Of a DNA stretch of 64,000 bases, positions 52,488 to 64,000 are shown one piece after another. This DNA comes from Felis catus (taxonomy: Eukaryota): NCBI RefSeq assembly GCF_018350175.1, contig NC_058368.1, positions 118,856,001 through 118,920,000 on the forward strand, in the 5' to 3' direction. Each line of letters opens with the position of its first letter. The stretch's first letter is position 1. The notes beneath the pieces were generated by a model. That model had not been told where the DNA came from. It worked only from the letters and a program-made list of their open reading frames with translations, and ran no database searches. The position numbers and the translations under genes are program-made.

Positions 52488-55440
52488 GAGTGGAGGGCCC
52501 AAATAAAATCAGAAATTAAAGACGGTATGTTACAACCAATACCATAAAAATACAAAGGATCATATAATAAGAGTTCTACAAACAATCACATGCTAACAAA
52601 TGGGATAGCCTAGAAATGTTAAGTCCTTAGAAACAATCTTCTAAGACTCAATTAAGAAGAAATAGAAAACTTGAACAGATCAACCACTGGTAACAAAATT
52701 GTTGGGAGGTTTTGATTATTGGTTCAAACAGAAGTCCAGAACAAGACAGCTACACAGGAGAATTCTACCAAGTATTTACAGAAGAGGTAATACCTATTCT
52801 CAAACTCCTACAGAATACTGAAGAGGAAGAAATGCTTCCAAACTCATTCTATGAGGCAAGCATTATGCTGATCCCAAAACCAGACAGAGATACTACAAAA
52901 AAGGAAAATTGGAGGCCAGTATTCCAGATGAACATTGATTCAAAATCACCAACAAAATATTAGCAAACCAAACTCAATAATACATTAAAAGGATCGTACA
53001 CCACGACCAAGTGGGAATTACTCCAGGGATGCAAGGATGGTTTCAGTGTCTGCAAATCAATGTGATACACCACATTAACAACAACAAAAGGATAAAAATC
53101 ATATGATCATCTCAGTTGATGCAGAATAACTGTTTGATAAAATTCAACATCCACTTATAATAAAAATTCTCAAAAAAGTAAGTATAGAATAAAGATGCCT
53201 CAACATAAAAGGCCATACATGATAAACCCACACCTAGCATCATACTCAACAGTGAAAAGCTTAAAGCTTTCCTCTAAGATCAGGAACAAGATAAGGATAC
53301 CCAGTGTTACTACTTTTATTCAACGCAGTAATGGAAATCCTAGAGACAGCAATTAGACGAGAAAAGAGAATTAAAGGCAAGCAAATTGGAAAAGAAGTAA
53401 AACTGTAAAACTATCTGCAGACAACATGATACTACATATAGAAAACCCTAAAGGCTCCACCGAAAAGCTAATCAGAGCTTATAATAAGTGAATTCAATAA
53501 AGTTGCAGGATACAGAATTAATATACATAAATCTGTTGCATTTCTATATACTTCTTAGAGAAAATAAGAAAATAATCCCATTGACAATTGACTCAAAATG
53601 AATAAATTACCTAGGAATACATGTAATCAAGGAGGGGAAAGGCCTATATGTTGAAAACTGTAAGGCACTGATCATGGAAATTGAATATGTCATGACATAA
53701 ATTGGAAGATATATGGCGCTTATAGCCTGGAAGAATTAATATTTAATAGTTAAAATGCCTATACTACCCAAAACAATGATGCAATGCAATCCCTATCAAA
53801 ATATCAATAGCATTTTTCATAGAACTAGTACCACCTAATCCTAAAATTTGTATGGAACCACAAAAGACCCCAAATAACTAAAGCAACTTTGAGAAAGACC
53901 AAAGCTGGAGGTATCTTGCTGCCTGATTTCAAAGTATACTACAAAGCTGTTGTAATCAAAACAGTATGGTTCTGTCACAAAAACAGACACACAGATTAAT
54001 GGAATACAATAGAGAGCTCAGAAATAAACCCCATGCTTTTACTGTCAATTAATTTATGACAAGGGAGGCAAGGGACAAAAGATAATCTGTTCAGTAAACG
54101 GTATTAGTAAAACTGAACGACAGGCGAAACCATGAAAGCAGACCACTTTCTTACATTATACCCAAAAATAAACTCAAAATGGATTAAAGACTTAAACGTA
54201 AAAACAGAAACCATGAAATTCATAGAAGAAAACATAAGCAGTAAGCTCTTGGGCATCAGTCTGAGCAACATTTCTTTGGATTTGTCTCCTCAGACACATG
54301 GAACTGAAGCAAATAGAAACAAATGGTACTATGTGAAACAAATCCTTAGGCACAGTGAAGGCAACACAAAGACAAAAGTAAACAAAACAAAGACAGCCTA
54401 CTGTATGGCAGAAGGTATTTGTAAATGATACACCTGATAATGGGTTAATATCCAAAATATATAAAGAACTGACAACTCCATATGAAAAACCAAACAATCC
54501 AATTTAAAATGGATTCTGAGGACCTGAATAGGCATTCTTCCAAAGAAAACATACACATAGCCAACAGACACATAAAAAGATGCTCAATATCACTCATAGT
54601 TAGGGAAACAAGTCAAAACCACAATCAGATATCGCCTTACACTTATCAGTTTGGCTATTATTCAAAAAGACAAGAAATAAGTGTTGGCAAGGATGTAGAG
54701 AAAGGACAACCCTGGGACTCAGCTGTCGGGAATGCAAGATGGTGCAGCTACTGTGGAAAACAGTATGGAGGTTCCTCCGACAGTTAAAAACAGAGTGACC
54801 ATATGATCCAGCAATTTCACTTCTGAGTATTTATCTAGAAAAAAAAATGAAAATGCTATTTCAAAAAGATATAGACACCCATGTTCACTGCAACATTATT
54901 CACCATAGCCAAGATATGGGAGCAAACTACGTGCGCAATGATAGATGAATGAATAAAGAGGCTGTGGTGTATGTATATATGATGGAATATTACTCAGCTA
55001 TAAAAAGAATGGAATCTTGCAATTTCCAACAACATGGATGAACCTGCCGATTACTATGTTAAGTGAAACAAGTCAAAGAAAAGACAAACACTATATGGTC
55101 TCATTTATATGCAGAATCTAAAAACCAGAATGAACAAACAAGACAGAAACAGACTCATACAGAGAATAATCTGATGGTTGCCAGAAGGGCGGAAGGTAGG
55201 CACATGAGCAAAATAGGGGAAGGGGATTAGGAGACACAAAATTCCAGTTATAAATAAGATAGGGGGATGCAATGTACGGCATAGAGAATATACTTAATAA
55301 TATTGTAACAACTCTGTGTGGTGACAGATGGCAGTTAGATCTATCTTGGTGATCAGTTCAAAATGTATATAAACATTAAATCACTATGTTGTATATTTGA
55401 AACTGACATAATATTGTGTTCTAATTATAATTCAATTTTT

Positions 55441-55619
55441 AAACTATGTTTATTCATTTATTTTTGAGAGAGAGCCACAGCACAAGCAGGGAGGGGCAGG
55501 AGACACAGAATCTGAAGCAGGCTCCAGGCTCTGTGCTGACAGCTCAGAATTCATGAACTGTGAGATCATGACTTGAGCGGAAGACGGACACTTAACCGAC
55601 TATGCCACCCAGGTGCCCC
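55441..55619 (-). mobile_element. CAN-SINE at L1 3' end (1)
   Basis: Flanked by TATAATTCAATT. Confidence 0.9.
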
Positions 55620-55631
55620 TATAATTCAATT

Positions 55632-55848
55632 AAAAAAAATTTTTTAATGTTTATTTCTGAGAGAGAGAGACACACAGCATGAGTGTGGGAGGTGCAGAGA
55701 GAAAGGGAGACACAGAATCCAAAGAGGCTCCAGGCTCTGAGCTGTCAGCACTGAGCCCGACGCAGGGCTTGATTTGAACTCACAAAGTGTGAGGTCATGA
55801 CCTGAGCCGGATTAGGAGGCTCAACCGACTGAGCCACCCAAATGCCCC
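55632..55848 (-). mobile_element. CAN-SINE at L1 3' end (2)
   Basis: Flanked by TATAATTCAATT. Confidence 0.9.
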
Positions 55849-56079
55849 TATAATTCAATTTTTAAATTTTTAAATAATTCCACATCCCCTCCACTTTTTT
55901 AGATTCTAGTTGCATTAATTTAAATCTCAAATTAGCATATTCACATTCTAAATTGCTAAGATACTGTAACAGTAACCATTAAAGACTAAATTCCCTGGCA
56001 AAATATTAAAAAATATGAAAACAGAAACAGAAGTGTTTTATATATTTGCAACCATGTATGAAAAATATGAAAATGATAT

Positions 56080-56298
56080 GGGGCGCTTGGGTGGCTCAGT
56101 CGTTTGAGCCTCCCAATTCTGCTCAGGTCATGATCTCACAGTTTCTGAGTTTGAGCCCCATGTCGGGCTCTGTGCTAACAGCTCAGAGCCTGGAGCCTGG
56201 TTCGGATTCTGTGTCTCCCTCTCTCTGTGTCCTACCCCCGCTCACACACACACTTTCTCTCTCTCTCTCTCTCCTTCAAAAATAAACATTAAAAAAAT
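56080..56298 (+). mobile_element. CAN-SINE
   Basis: Flanking gaaaatgata repeat. Confidence 0.9.
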
Positions 56299-56426
56299 TT
56301 TAGAAAATGATAGAAATAGGAATGTTTTGCATATTTATAATACCATTCTTGCCCTCAGAGGAGTTTTGAAGACATTAAGTTTTACCTTAAATATAGGAGA
56401 CCTTAGACTGAGATATATTTCATTGT

Positions 56427-56650
56427 TTTTTTTAATTTTTTTTTTCAACATTTTTATTTATTTTTGGGACAGAGAGAGACAGAGCATGAACGGGGGAGGG
56501 GCAGAGAGAGAGGGAGACACAGAATTGGAAACAGGCTCCAGGCTCCGAGCCATCAGCCCAGAGCCTGACGCGGGGCTCGAACTCACGGACTGCGAGATCG
56601 TGACCTGGCTGAAGTCGGACGCTTAACCGACTGCGCCACCCAGGCGCCCC
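56427..56650 (-). mobile_element. Young felid SINE (SINEC_Fc1-like)
   Basis: CpG-rich, near-consensus body; TSD AGATATATTTCATT at 56411-56424 and 56652-56665. Confidence 0.95.
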
Positions 56651-56989
56651 AAGATATATTTCATTTTGTCCCAGGACACTGCTCCATCAAAGTATCCTGT
56701 TGGAGATACATGATGTCATAAATAGTAATTATCGTAGTTTTTGGCAAATGAGTAAGAGTTGCTTTTAGTAAAATGAACTTGTTATTATACTGCCTTAACT
56801 AGAAAGGTGCTATCTAGTCACACTACCACTTTTATAGATGAAAGATTTATATCTATTGGCTAGAATAAATTATGGGTGTAAATTAAATTGTCAACCAATG
56901 TTTAAAAGGCAAAACCAAAAAAACTGTAGTTATTCAATTTAAGAGCACTAAAATACTGTAATTATATATTTAATTCAAGTTATATAATA

Positions 56990-57210
56990 ACAGCTACTAC
57001 TTATTTAGTACTTTTTAGGTGCTAGGCACTTTTGATATACATGGTTTATAATCTTCATCGCTATCCTGAAAGATCTCGCTAATCCCATTTTATAGATGCA
57101 GAAATTAAGATTCACAATTGTAGAGAATTAGTCCTAGGGCCCTAGAAAATACTAATGAAAGGCAAAGTCTAAGTTTGAATTCAGGATTCCAAGTCTACTA
57201 CTTTTTTAGT
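56990..57210 (-). mobile_element. MIR
   Basis: gtgctaggcact; atcccattttatagatgcagaaatt. Confidence 0.7.
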
Positions 57211-60200
57211 GCATACCAGTAATAACTTTTGGGCTAACTATATGCTAGATTAAATTAGAGCATTAAAATGTTGGAGCCCCTGTTTCATAGAAACTAACGT
57301 CCAGTGAGGCCCAAAATAACAGTTATCCTAGATCTAGGATTAGTACTTTGCATAATAAATAGCCATTTATTATCTATGTATCTTGCATTCTCCACATGCA
57401 GATAACAAGACTGACTACATTTTTTAAAATACATGTGAATTGTTTAAATTCTGTACTTTCCTTACATTGAGAAAACCCCTTTGTATATTATACAATTATA
57501 TCAGTCAAAACAAACTAAACGAAAAACATACTGGGGTAGTGCACATTGTGTATAGGTACACCAATTTAAACATATTTGTACACATGTATTTTCTCAACAA
57601 AATTTTATAAAAACAGTGATGAGCAACATAAGCTATCACGTAGTTCCACTTTTGCTAACGTTAGCAATAAAAAAACCAGCAAGCTTTGGTTTTCCACAGT
57701 CCAACTAAGTGTAGATTACTGTAGTTTATTCTAGAATATTCATTAGAAAAATAAGTTCTGTTTCTTTTAAAATGGTATCTTCTAACATTTTAGAAACTAT
57801 ATAGGAATGGAAAAGAAACTTTGAAAGCAAGTGATGACATGATGTTTGTTGTAAAGTCTTGGGGATATTTGGAATGTAAAAATTTCAAGGGCACAAGCAG
57901 CACTTTTTGGAGGATGGATAAATGGTAACTACTGCAGTGGGAAATTTGCACTCTGGAAGCTTTGAAACTGATAAGCATTTATGATCAAATAATACTAGTT
58001 CTATTTATAAAATAATTTGCAGATTGAAAAACAACACCAATACTGTATTCTCTCAAATTTGTCTTAAATGCTCTGTCAAAGTTTGTATTTTCACAGAAGT
58101 GTTAAATCGTTATTTTAAGGAAACCAAATCCCTTGCTTCAAAGAACTCGAATGTGAATAGTCAGCCATTAAGAAAGCATCTTAAAGTTGAGTTCTTATGT
58201 AAGCAGTTGGTTGTGTATGCAGGAAACAGAACCTGCTGAATACCACGCAGATTTGACATTCCCGTCAAAGGACAGCTCCGAAGTCTAAGAGAAACGCAGC
58301 TTCTGAAACTAAAGTCCTCAGTTTAAAATATCTAAGTAGTTTTCAGACTTGTTAATTTCAATGAAATCATCACTTCAAACAGCTTCACAATTCAACCAAC
58401 AGGGAAATGGCCAGGTTTTGAGGAAGGCAGGGGAGAAAGCGAACCCATACAAACAATGACTTTGACAAAATTTTCACACAGTTTAAAACAAAACACACAA
58501 AAAAATCTATCTGCCAAAAACATCAATCACAAAATTGATAAAGTCATTAATTTATAGCATAAATATCTGACAATTCTGAACTGAGGGTTCCATTGTTGAT
58601 AAAGGATTCTCGAATCCTGAAAGCTGACATGTTGTAGAGCAGTAAACAACACGTCACAATGTGGACCGTTGACTGTTGGTTAAGTAGATAATCAATGCGT
58701 GAGCTGAGCTGAATCAGGCTTATTTTAAGACTGTTTGGACACCCTGAGTGTTCATTTTGGTTTCTGTACTTTCTCTAAAAACCACAGAGTGAACTTTAAC
58801 ACCCGAGCCATAAGAAGTATGACTGAGAAGTACTGAGAGCAAGATGTCATAGCAAATCTCTTTAAATTAAATGGAGGTGGTTGGCAAAAGTATGCCTAGT
58901 TAGCTGGAATAAGAAATCGGCACCTCTCCCAAAAAAGGGGATAAACGGGCACACGTGAATAGTAGTTGAGAACATCTCTGTTTGAAATTTTAATTTTTCT
59001 CACAGTGCTCCAAAAGAGTGAAACAAAATAAAGTATAACTTTTTGTGATTTCTAAAATGTAGTATAAACCCTACACCTGTAAAGAATGAGAAACAGCCAC
59101 TAAGGGAAAGTTACAAGACAGAAAACAAGGAGGGTTCACACTTTGTTGCCACTGTAGTGGGTAGCTGACGTGACTCAACGACTGTTTATGGGCCTGAGGC
59201 TCTCATTTGGGATAGGAAGCCATTCCCTTCTCTCCCTGCTAGAATGTTACGTACTAAGACAGCTCTAGATGTGGGCTGCCCCATTTTTCAATCATGGGGA
59301 AAAGAATGTAATTATTGTTACCATACTGGGGAAAGCTCATTACCATGTCGATAAAGACCCAACTATTTTTGTCCTGGTTCATTTCTTTATCTCTAATCCA
59401 TCACCAACTCCAAGATCATTGTTTTATAGTCCCTTAGAAATATACAAGTAGATATAACAGAAACGTAATCTGGCAAATAAAACTGAAACACAAGATATTT
59501 TTTAAATCATAAAAGTAATAAATATTTAGGTAGAAAATTTAGAAAACACTAGCAAACTTAAATTAGAAAATAAAACCATCATACTTTTATCAGAAAAAAA
59601 CAGGAAATACTTTTATATATATCTTTAATCTTTTAAAAAATTATATATATTTATTCTGGGTATAGTATTCTACATAACTCTTTTGTATCCAGCTTTTTGT
59701 AAGTGAGGCACTGTGCATTTGTTGTTCATTACTTAACAACATTTTGAGAAGATTTCCTGTGTCAATAGTTTATCTCTTATTACATGATTCTTCGATGGTT
59801 ACAAAATACTCAGCAGTAACTTCAGCATTCCCTCATTATTGTTCCTGTTTTTTTTTCACTATAATAAATTTGCATAAACCTTTGCAAACATTTTTGATTA
59901 TTACTTAAGTTAAAATCTTAAAAGGACAAGGAAAGCCAATAGACAGTTTTAGGACTTTCCATACATACTGTTAATGTTCCTCACAGAAAACACATCTGGT
60001 CAACTATCACTTGATGCACACTATTTCCCTACTGGGGTGTTGGTCCTCTTTGGATTTATAAGAACATTTTGGACATTAAGTATTTCAACACTTAGTCCAA
60101 TGAGGACATATCTACAAAGCCCTGAATTTTAAATCAAATTTTAAAATATTTCAAGTCTGATGAAATAGCCCGTGTTGTTCAGAGCCCTTAATTATATTGC

Positions 60201-60279
60201 TCGCGTGATACTTCTTTTAGCCACATTACTGCTTCAAGTGTTATGTGAGTTTGAAAATAAAATGACCAGCCACATGTAG

Positions 60280-63000
60280 TTCTGCTTAAAGATGGTGCCT
60301 GTAACACATGCTTTAATTTCAGCTTCCTCTGGGAAGTAAAACAGAGTAATGACATTTGTTTCCCAAGGCATGAACCTCTAAGACTTCAGACAACAAGAGA
60401 AGTGGTGTTTTGTCAGCTAAAGCACAATAACACAGGAGGAAAAAAGAGAGATGGTAACTAGCAAAGTTTTACCCTGGAATGAGCATTCTGGGGTCTGTTA
60501 AGTTACCAGTGGGGAAAGCTAAGAAGCAACCTAATAGGACAGTTTTCAAAAGGCTGAGAAATTGGGGATAAAGGTAGGGGTCAAAATCAGGGGGAATGGT
60601 TCAAAGTCTGCTTAAGAACATTGACAGGTTTCTTTTTATAGAAATGACAGGCCAGGTTATGGGGGGCAACGTGCCTGTCAAAATTGAAATGTTAGCTAAA
60701 AAATGTATTTGAAAAATCCTTAAAAGCACCAATGTGCTGACAAAATGATAGGGTTTTAGGCTAAAATTGAAGGGAAAGGACCCTAGCCACCTGTGCTCTG
60801 ATAATATTCACAAATTTAGACAAATGCAGCTTTCAAATGAAAGGAAAGAAAACCCATTGGAAACACGGACAAAAATTATACAGCTATTTTAGGAACTAGA
60901 ACTTCAAATGGCCAATAAACATACAAAAAGTTATTCAGCTTCATTAGTGATCAGGGAAATGCAAACTGAAACCACCACGCAATATCATTACACACCCACC
61001 AGACTGGCAAAGATTAAACATTTGACACTAAAACGTGTCTGAGTTTAAAGAGCACATCGCCCTGGAGGACCGTGCGGCATGATCCAGTAAAAGGCAAGAC
61101 GAGAATATCCTGCGATCCAGCAGCAACACCTGACATACACTTAAAGAAACGTATACTCTTTAGGAAAGTGATGTGTAGATACAGTAAAATGTGTTAGAAT
61201 GACAGTTTTTGTAGTAAACCAAAACTAGAGACTAAGTCAAGGGTTCAAAACAATGGGAAGGATGTATCAACAGTGGTACAACTGTATAGAGCAGTGAACT
61301 ACAGTTATATATAATAACAGGGATGAAATGTACGGGTTGGAGGGAAAGCAACAAGATACAAAATAATACAGTTTTTTTCATTTCTATTCTATTTATTAAA
61401 GTTCAAAGCATGAGAAGTAAGCTACGGTGTTTAAGGATGTATATACAGGTGGTAAGGAAAGCAAGAAAATGATTATTCAGTCAGGATAGTGGTTAACTCT
61501 GAGAAGGGGGAGCAAAACGGGACCGCAATATTGCAAGGTCACACTGGAGGCCTCCATGGTGCTACCACGTTATATGAATAGTTACAAGAGTGCTAGCTTT
61601 GTAATTATTCATTAAATTGTGTGTGTAGCTTATTCTTATGTATTGCTTTGTGTCATTTTCTTAACTCTAAAAAAAACCAATAGGAAAAGAAGCAGATAGC
61701 TCATCCCTACATTACCTTGCCTTTTCCAGTCACTTATGATTTCCTGTACTGGTCCTCTAACTTTCTTATTTTCTCTCCTATATTCCAGCTGTGTGTCTTT
61801 CTGCTCTTATTTCTGGGTTATTTTCTTACTTTTACTTCCCAACCCTTCTACTGAGCTTTTCATTCATGCTATAACCTTTTTAATTTCTAATAGTTTGGTT
61901 TCACTCCCTGAAAATTCCCTTTATATTTTTATTTTTTCTTGTCCTCCCTCACCTTTCCCTGAAATTCCCTTTTTTAAACACCTTACTCTTATTTGGTGGA
62001 TACACTATTTTTCTTATCTCTAAGCATAGCAACAGTAGGTTTGGGAGAAATTCCTTCTCTCTGCATATTTTCTATTGCCTCCAAGGTGGGTTCTTCTATT
62101 TTTTGTTTTGATCTTTCATTAGAAGCTATCCTTCCTTTCACGCTATCCATCCCCTTCTTCTAGGCAGAAGGCTGGAGACCTCTCTCTGGGAAGAGCAAAA
62201 CAGAAGGACCCTGGACAAGAATGCCAGACACAGTTGAGGGTAGAGGTATCTTTTAAAAACCAGGAGGATTAAGTGAGCTGTTCCATATCCAGTGTCAATG
62301 TAATTCATGTGGCCTGAGGAACAGAGAGAAGAAAAGACTGAAGGAAAATTAATAGTACTTCAAAGACCTGAGAGACAATATTAAACGGCCCCACATATGT
62401 GCAAATGAAGTTCCAGCCGAAGACTGTGAGAAAGGAGCAGGCAGATATTAAAAACAAAAAACAAAACTAAAAACTAAAAGGAAATTAGAATCCATGAATT
62501 CAGCATGGTCACTGGGCACAATCTTAAAAAAAAAAAATCAACCTTCCTTCTAGATACCGCAAACAATTCAAAAATGATATTTCCTGTCATTCATGATAGT
62601 AAAACACAAACACATATACACGTAAAACAGGAATAAACGGGGGAGGGAAGGGATGCAAGAGCTCTGAGGGAAAACATAAAACACTGGTGAAATTAGGTAA
62701 CGAAGATCTAAGCAAATGGAGAGACAGCCAACATTAGTTTTGCCCATTCTTCCCTGACCTGCAAATTCTATTACTGGTTATGATCCCAACAGGCTTTTTT
62801 GTGTACAGAAACTGACAGGCTGCTTCTAAAATTTACGGGAAATTGCCAAGACAGAGAAGATCTTAAAGTTTGGCTCTGTCTTCTGGGGGAGGTCTAAATG
62901 TCTTGAAAGATGGTATCATTCTTTTACCAAATATGTTAGAGTACCAGGCATTAAATATATACAATGAATGCAGCTCATCCATGAAAACAGCAACAATTCT
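60280..63000. mobile_element. Mosaic of old LINE-1 (L1M) fragments
   Basis: aatggccaataaacat..attagtgatcagggaaatgcaaa..accac; aagacctg.gagacaatattaaac; mixed orientations, boundaries uncertain. Confidence 0.6.
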
Positions 63001-63222
63001 GGGGCACCCGGGTGGCCTCAATCAGTTAAAGGGGCTGACTTCAGCTCAGGTCACGATCTCACGGCTCATGAGTTGCAGCCGCCTGTCAGTGTCTGTGCTG
63101 ACAGCTCAGAACCTGGAGCCTGCTTTGGATTCTGAGTCTCCCTCTCTCTCTGCCCCTCCCCTGCTCGCATGCTCATTTTCTCTCTCTCTCAAAAATAAAT
63201 AAAAACATTAAAGAAAATAAGA
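63001..63222 (+). mobile_element. CAN-SINE
   Basis: GGGGCACCCGGGTGGC head; flanking aacaattct repeat. Confidence 0.9.
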
Positions 63223-64000
63223 AAAACTGAAACAATTCTTCAACCTGTGGGCATACGCAAACTCCTCTTTCGGATGTTTTTATATACGCTCTTAGAGTTT
63301 CAAAATAATAACCTATATTCCTTGGTTTGTTCAAAAGCCTGAAGTACATTAAACAAGTCACTGCTCCAAAGAACCAGCAAGTGAATAAAGGAATGTTAAA
63401 GGAAAACCAACCAGCTTAAAAAAAAAACTTTTTTCTTTGCCAAAGGCTTATTAGTTGGATGTGTTAACTCAGAATTACAGGTATTCTTTGATTTATGAGG
63501 TTCTCATTTGAGTACTTTTAAAAATTGAAGGTAAATATTCTGATGCCTTACAGCAAAACGAGAGGCTTTACTTAAGCAGTCATTAGGACAATAACGAGTT
63601 GGAGAAGAAGAGGTGAAAACAGAAGTCAATACTCGGCAATCAGAATCCGGGGGGTGGGGGAGGGAACGAAAGTAGAAAGAACTATATCCACCATTGGTCT
63701 TTCTGGGGTCATCTATACACACTGTTCACAACTGCCCTGAGGACCAGGACTTCCCCATGTGAGAAGTCAAGTCTCCTAGTTGCCAGAACTCTTTTGACAA
63801 AACACATGCATCACATCCTTTAGTTTTTGCCTCTAGTTATTTTGTTTTACAATTAGAATGTTAATATAAAAGGACATTAAATATTTAGTATAAGCCTGTT
63901 CTTAAATATTCTTAGATAATTTATTCTTTCATTATTAAAGTAGAAAGAAAAGATCTATTTCAAACAAATTGTGACAATACAGAATTATTCAGTGTGCGCG

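Larger units (their letters stand above)
48500..55437 (+). mobile_element. Near full-length decayed carnivore LINE-1 in intron 2 (antisense to NR3C1)
   Basis: 5'UTR ~48500-49860; ORF1 remnant from ATG ~49862; ORF2 remnants ([62 protein letters not shown]); 3'UTR to ~55437; many stops and frameshifts; three nested SINEs. Confidence 0.93.

Noticed and set aside
49224..54787. ORFs with endonuclease/RT-region motifs suggesting an active retroelement
   Set aside because: L1 ORF1/ORF2 are broken by many stops, frameshifts and nested SINEs; non-functional.

Overview
Mammalian genomic DNA, almost certainly from a felid: it carries many carnivore tRNA-derived CAN-SINEs, including two young SINEC_Fc1-like copies. 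The window holds the 3' two-thirds of the glucocorticoid receptor gene NR3C1 on the minus strand. Coding exons 3-9 span 40194->15830 (DNA-binding domain, hinge, ligand-binding domain); all splice sites are GT-AG and the reading frame is continuous. A ~4 kb exon 9 3'UTR runs to ~11809, and the distal ~24 kb of intron 2 extends off the right end (exons 1-2 are outside the window). The rest is interspersed repeats: decayed LINE-1s (one near full length), ~23 CAN-SINEs, MIR, L2, and hAT/Tigger DNA transposon fossils. I found no convincing wholly new gene or system. The most interesting signals are lineage-specific features of this receptor: (1) ligand-binding-domain substitutions at functionally studied positions (human numbering Y735F, D641E); (2) a disabled human-type GR-beta exon (acceptor AG->GG plus frameshift) together with a 90-codon open read-through of intron 8; (3) a CpG-dense patch in the 3'UTR that looks like GC-biased gene conversion; (4) inverted and tandem SINE arrangements. 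Comparisons with human and mouse are from recall and need alignment. Repeat boundaries are approximate.
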